Part shown: piece after piece, positions 61,552 to 64,000 of the stretch
How positions within the stretch are numbered: the stretch's first letter is position 1
Layout of the letters: every line of letters begins with the position of its first letter
From: a bacterium
Lineage (GTDB): Bacteria > Patescibacteriota > Minisyncoccia > Phycocordibacterales > UBA9973
Length of the DNA stretch: 64,000 bases
NCBI GenBank assembly: GCA_037143195.1
Contig: JBAWZD010000002.1
Span: 3,206-67,205, forward strand
Direction of reading: 5' to 3'
The notes under the pieces: generated by a model
Told to the model about the DNA's origin: nothing
The model's input: the letters and a program-made list of their open reading frames with translations, nothing else
Database searches by the model: none
Translations under genes and position numbers: made by a program

Positions 61552-61701
61552 GCTTCCGCTTAGCGGTTGCGGAGAGAAATCTTCTTTCCAGCTACCTTCT
61601 TTGCGTGCTTCTTGTGTGCCTGCTTTTTCTTTTTGTTCATACCTGTAAGAGATTAGCAAAATATAGACAAATAGTCGAGCCCCTATGCTACTATTGTGTA
61701 T

Positions 61702-62115
61702 ATGAATACGAAATTAAGCCTAGGGATACTTGTTTCGCTCTTGGTTGTAGCGGGAGTACTTACCTATAGAAATCGTGAAATTATTGTAAAAAATGCGCCC
61801 GTTGTTTCAATTTTAGAATCAGGAAATGGTAAAGTTGAAGCACTCGCAGTTGGTCAAAAATTTACTTTGACACTACCGAATCCAGGGGACGGCGGGTATC
61901 AGTTTGATAACCCGGAGTATGATACTTCTCTCGTCCACCTCGACAATCACACGCATCTTGCTCCTCAGGCGAACGCCCCACTTGGTAATTTTGGCACTGA
62001 TATCTGGGAATTTACTTCACTCGCTAAGGGTTCGACAGATCTTACTATATCTGCGAGTCGTTCGTGGAATGGCGAGAAGGGAAACACCTTCAAGACCTCA
62101 ATCTTCATCAGGTAG
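61702..62115 (+). CDS. secreted chagasin-family peptidase inhibitor (I42)
   Basis: The signal/anchor is MNTKLSLGILVSLLVVAGVLTY. NPGDGGYQF matches the chagasin NPTTGY(S/E)W motif. The following GNFGTDIWEFTSLAKGSTDLTISASRSW matches the second conserved loop. Confidence 0.65.
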   Translation: MNTKLSLGILVSLLVVAGVLTYRNREIIVKNAPVVSILESGNGKVEALAVGQKFTLTLPNPGDGGYQFDNPEYDTSLVHLDNHTHLAPQANAPLGNFGTDIWEFTSLAKGSTDLTISASRSWNGEKGNTFKTSIFIR

Positions 62116-62144
62116 TCACAGGCATGTATATCACAAAATTGGCA

Positions 62145-62183
62145 ACAAAAAAGCCCGGCTGATAGGCAACCGGACTTTTTTGA
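62145..62183. terminator. probable bidirectional terminator between chagasin-like gene and hup
   Basis: aaaaaagcccgg-ctgataggcaa-ccggacttttttg is a 7-bp stem with one mismatch, flanked by an A-run and a T-run. Confidence 0.35.
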
Positions 62184-62207
62184 TTTTTGGAGTCGCTCCG
62201 AGTTAAT

Positions 62208-62480
62208 TTACTTAACTGCGTCCTTGAGCGCCTTGGCTGCGCGGAACTTTGGTACTTTCATCGCTGCTACCTTGACCTGCTCTCCAGTTTTTGGATTGCG
62301 AGCCATTCGAGCTGCGCGCTGTTTGACTGAGAAGATTCCGAGACCTGCGATTGAAACTTCACCGCCCTTTTTGAGGGTGCCGGTGATCGCTTCGATCATT
62401 CCGTCTACGACTTCCTCAGCCTGTACCTTTGTACCGCCAATCTTTCCATGAACCCAGTCAACAAGTGCTGCTTTATTCAT
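62208..62480 (-). CDS. hup: DNA-binding protein HU
   Basis: MNKAALVDWVHGKIGGTKVQAEEVVDGMIEAITGTLKKGGEVSIAGLGIFSVKQRAARMARNPKTGEQVKVAAMKVPKFRAAKALKDAV fits HU. The ATG is at 62480. Confidence 0.9.
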   Translation of the reverse strand: MNKAALVDWVHGKIGGTKVQAEEVVDGMIEAITGTLKKGGEVSIAGLGIFSVKQRAARMARNPKTGEQVKVAAMKVPKFRAAKALKDAVK

Positions 62481-62717
62481 ATGATTGACTTGTACACGCA
62501 TGGGCGAGCCCACACGGGCACAAAGCTAAGTCGACTTTGCTAGTAATACTCTCTGAGCTTTAAGCAAAGTGCTTAAAACTATGGGTATTATAGCCTCTAT
62601 AACGATTTTGACCATAGTTTACAAGGGTCATACGGCATTTTGCGTGAATTAGCCTTATTTTGCAATGGATTTTACAAAAATATGAATTTGTGTTAGTTTG
62701 AGTTTAACCAAAATTTC

Positions 62718-63335
62718 ATGATGATGAAAAAGATTCTTTGTTTTTGCTGCGTGCTTATGTATAGCTCGCAAATTTTTGCGCAACTCCGCGCTTTGCCGGA
62801 GGTTTACAATTTTTTTAACAAGGGAGGCGGAGGAACTTTGGTTTCTGACGTCTTTCTGTACGTTCCCGTAAGAGAGAAACCATCGCGTTTCTCTGTGGGT
62901 ATTTATGTCTATGGCGAGCGTGCCATAGATGACGTACCGTTCTATCAATCTATGGTAGGACCAACCTATGTATTCGTGGAGAAGAAAAATCTCCACTGGG
63001 AACTTGGTTTCCTTGCCGGGATTGAATCCGGCAAAGAAATGTGGCGCGTTAGCCCTTGGACGCTGGTTTCAGCGTTCAAAGATCGAATTTCAATGCTTGC
63101 TGTATACGAGACCGGAGCCTCTGGCCCCGGGTATCGTGTACAGGCTTATTCCGTCCTCAACAAAATTGAGGCGAAGAATAAGCTGATGGCAGGGTGGGTC
63201 CTGTACGGACCATTGACCGGCCCCTCGGTTCAATTTAAGAGGAAAAAATTCGCGATATTCATCGCTCCATACGTGTTCAGTATAGAGCAAAAGAATATTG
63301 CGTCACTCGTCACCGGAATCAGTGGTGACTTGTGA
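62718..63335 (+). CDS. secreted beta-rich hypothetical protein
   Basis: The signal peptide is MMMKKILCFCCVLMYSSQIFAQ. Alternating hydrophobic beta-strand-like segments follow. No family assignment. Confidence 0.4.
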   Translation: MMMKKILCFCCVLMYSSQIFAQLRALPEVYNFFNKGGGGTLVSDVFLYVPVREKPSRFSVGIYVYGERAIDDVPFYQSMVGPTYVFVEKKNLHWELGFLAGIESGKEMWRVSPWTLVSAFKDRISMLAVYETGASGPGYRVQAYSVLNKIEAKNKLMAGWVLYGPLTGPSVQFKRKKFAIFIAPYVFSIEQKNIASLVTGISGDL

Positions 63336-63385
63336 AAAATGAAGATGAATGTCGTCGAAACCCGCTATACAAATGGCGGGTTTCT

Positions 63386-64000
63386 TCAATTTTGGATTGA
63401 TTTCCAAATGATTTCAAACATTTCTTTGTGGAGCGAGACGATACTTTTGTTCTCAATGACGACTGTCATGTACGGCGGAGTGAGTTCGAGTGTGATTAAT
63501 TTTTCAGGAAGCAGGACTGTATCGACGTTGAGAGCGTTCGTCGTTGGCAGAATTTTGATCTCTTCATTGAAATTGCGCTCGAGTTTTTTGTGTTCGCGCG
63601 CGAGCGGAGAGTCTTGAAACAGCATACGCGTCTTGATTGGAAGCTTTGCACGTTCTTCGATATATGAGAGGGCGAAATTGGGATCGAGGTTGTACCACTT
63701 TTCTTGATTGGTGATGACGAGATAGTCTTCGTGCGGGCGGATTTCCTTGAGTGTATCTCGGTAGATGTCCTGCATTACTGACAGTCCCGTGTAATACTTG
63801 ATGACACTTTCGCCACCTTTGAGATTGTAGAGTGCTTGGAATTCGGGCAGGATTTTTGAAAATGCATTTTTGCGACGCTCGAGCATGATTTCGAGGCGCT
63901 CTGGATTTTCGGCTACATAGAATTGCTTGAGGCCTTTGAGCTCCACACGCATGAGGCCTTTTTCTTTGAGTGAATCAATGATGCCATAGATAGTCGTTCG
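63386..64000 (-). CDS. TrmB-family regulator paralog (partial; N-terminus beyond window end)
   Basis: The reading frame stays open to position 64000 (…TTIYGIIDSLKEKGLMRVELKG…), so the HTH portion lies outside the window. The C-terminal domain organization resembles that of 56183..56950. Confidence 0.45.
   Translation of the reverse strand, partial: RTTIYGIIDSLKEKGLMRVELKGLKQFYVAENPERLEIMLERRKNAFSKILPEFQALYNLKGGESVIKYYTGLSVMQDIYRDTLKEIRPHEDYLVITNQEKWYNLDPNFALSYIEERAKLPIKTRMLFQDSPLAREHKKLERNFNEEIKILPTTNALNVDTVLLPEKLITLELTPPYMTVVIENKSIVSLHKEMFEIIWKSIQN

Noticed and set aside
61560-61640. 26-aa Lys-rich minus-strand ORF (MNKKKKQAHKKHAKKVAGKKISLRNR) next to tRNA-Gly(UCC)
   Set aside because: It is too short and low-complexity to assign. 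It did not match L34, L36 or S21 patterns I know. It could be a real small basic peptide but that is unsupported.

Overview
This window appears to come from a small, AT-rich genome of the CPR/Patescibacteria (Saccharibacteria-like) type. It spans the replication-origin region, contains a large type IV secretion-like gene cluster, and has several repeat and structured elements that coding genes do not explain. The clues to lineage are short monoderm-style genes, tRNAs with no encoded CCA next to a cca gene, a peptidoglycan-making PBP1A, and an orphan pilB.

Two large collinear gene blocks carry housekeeping genes:
- polA-tsaE ... pilB, ruvB-yebC-ruvC, tyrS and a class A PBP.
- The canonical origin block DUF721-dnaN-dnaA / rpmH-rnpA-yidD-yidC-jag, with DnaA-box clusters on both sides of dnaA.

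From 22.4 to 39.9 kb there is one long minus-strand cluster that looks like a type IV secretion (T4SS) / conjugation-derived machine.
- It has a VirB4 ATPase (virB4) preceded by a separate ORF resembling the VirB4 N-terminal domain, a PrgI/VirB3-like gene, and a VirB6/TrbL-like polytopic protein with a His/Gly-rich tail.
- It also has a 1234-aa surface protein and two paralogous multidomain proteins. These two share an identical 379-bp segment encoding a pilin-like TM hairpin, but end in different cell-wall hydrolase modules: M15 peptidase versus lytic transglycosylase.
- No VirD4 coupling protein or relaxase is present.

Other housekeeping genes in the window:
- rsmA
- pcrA
- a LysM-M23 peptidase gene
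- comM
- pnp and rpsO
- xerC
- xth
- cca
- yraN
- hup
- a chagasin-type peptidase inhibitor gene
- four tRNAs (Arg-TCG, Gly-GCC, Pro-TGG, Gly-TCC)

Non-coding oddities:
- Two homologous, oppositely oriented structured elements of about 130-160 nt flank an NYN-nuclease gene plus rpsO. The NYN gene is inserted between rpsO and pnp, and the pair sits next to xerC.
- A hairpin with a 25-bp stem lies after pilB.
- A perfect 32-bp palindrome lies inside comM.

Two paralogous proteins with very many cysteines and zinc-ribbon modules are also present, one of them running off the window start.

All calls come from reading the translations and sequence by eye. No database search was run.
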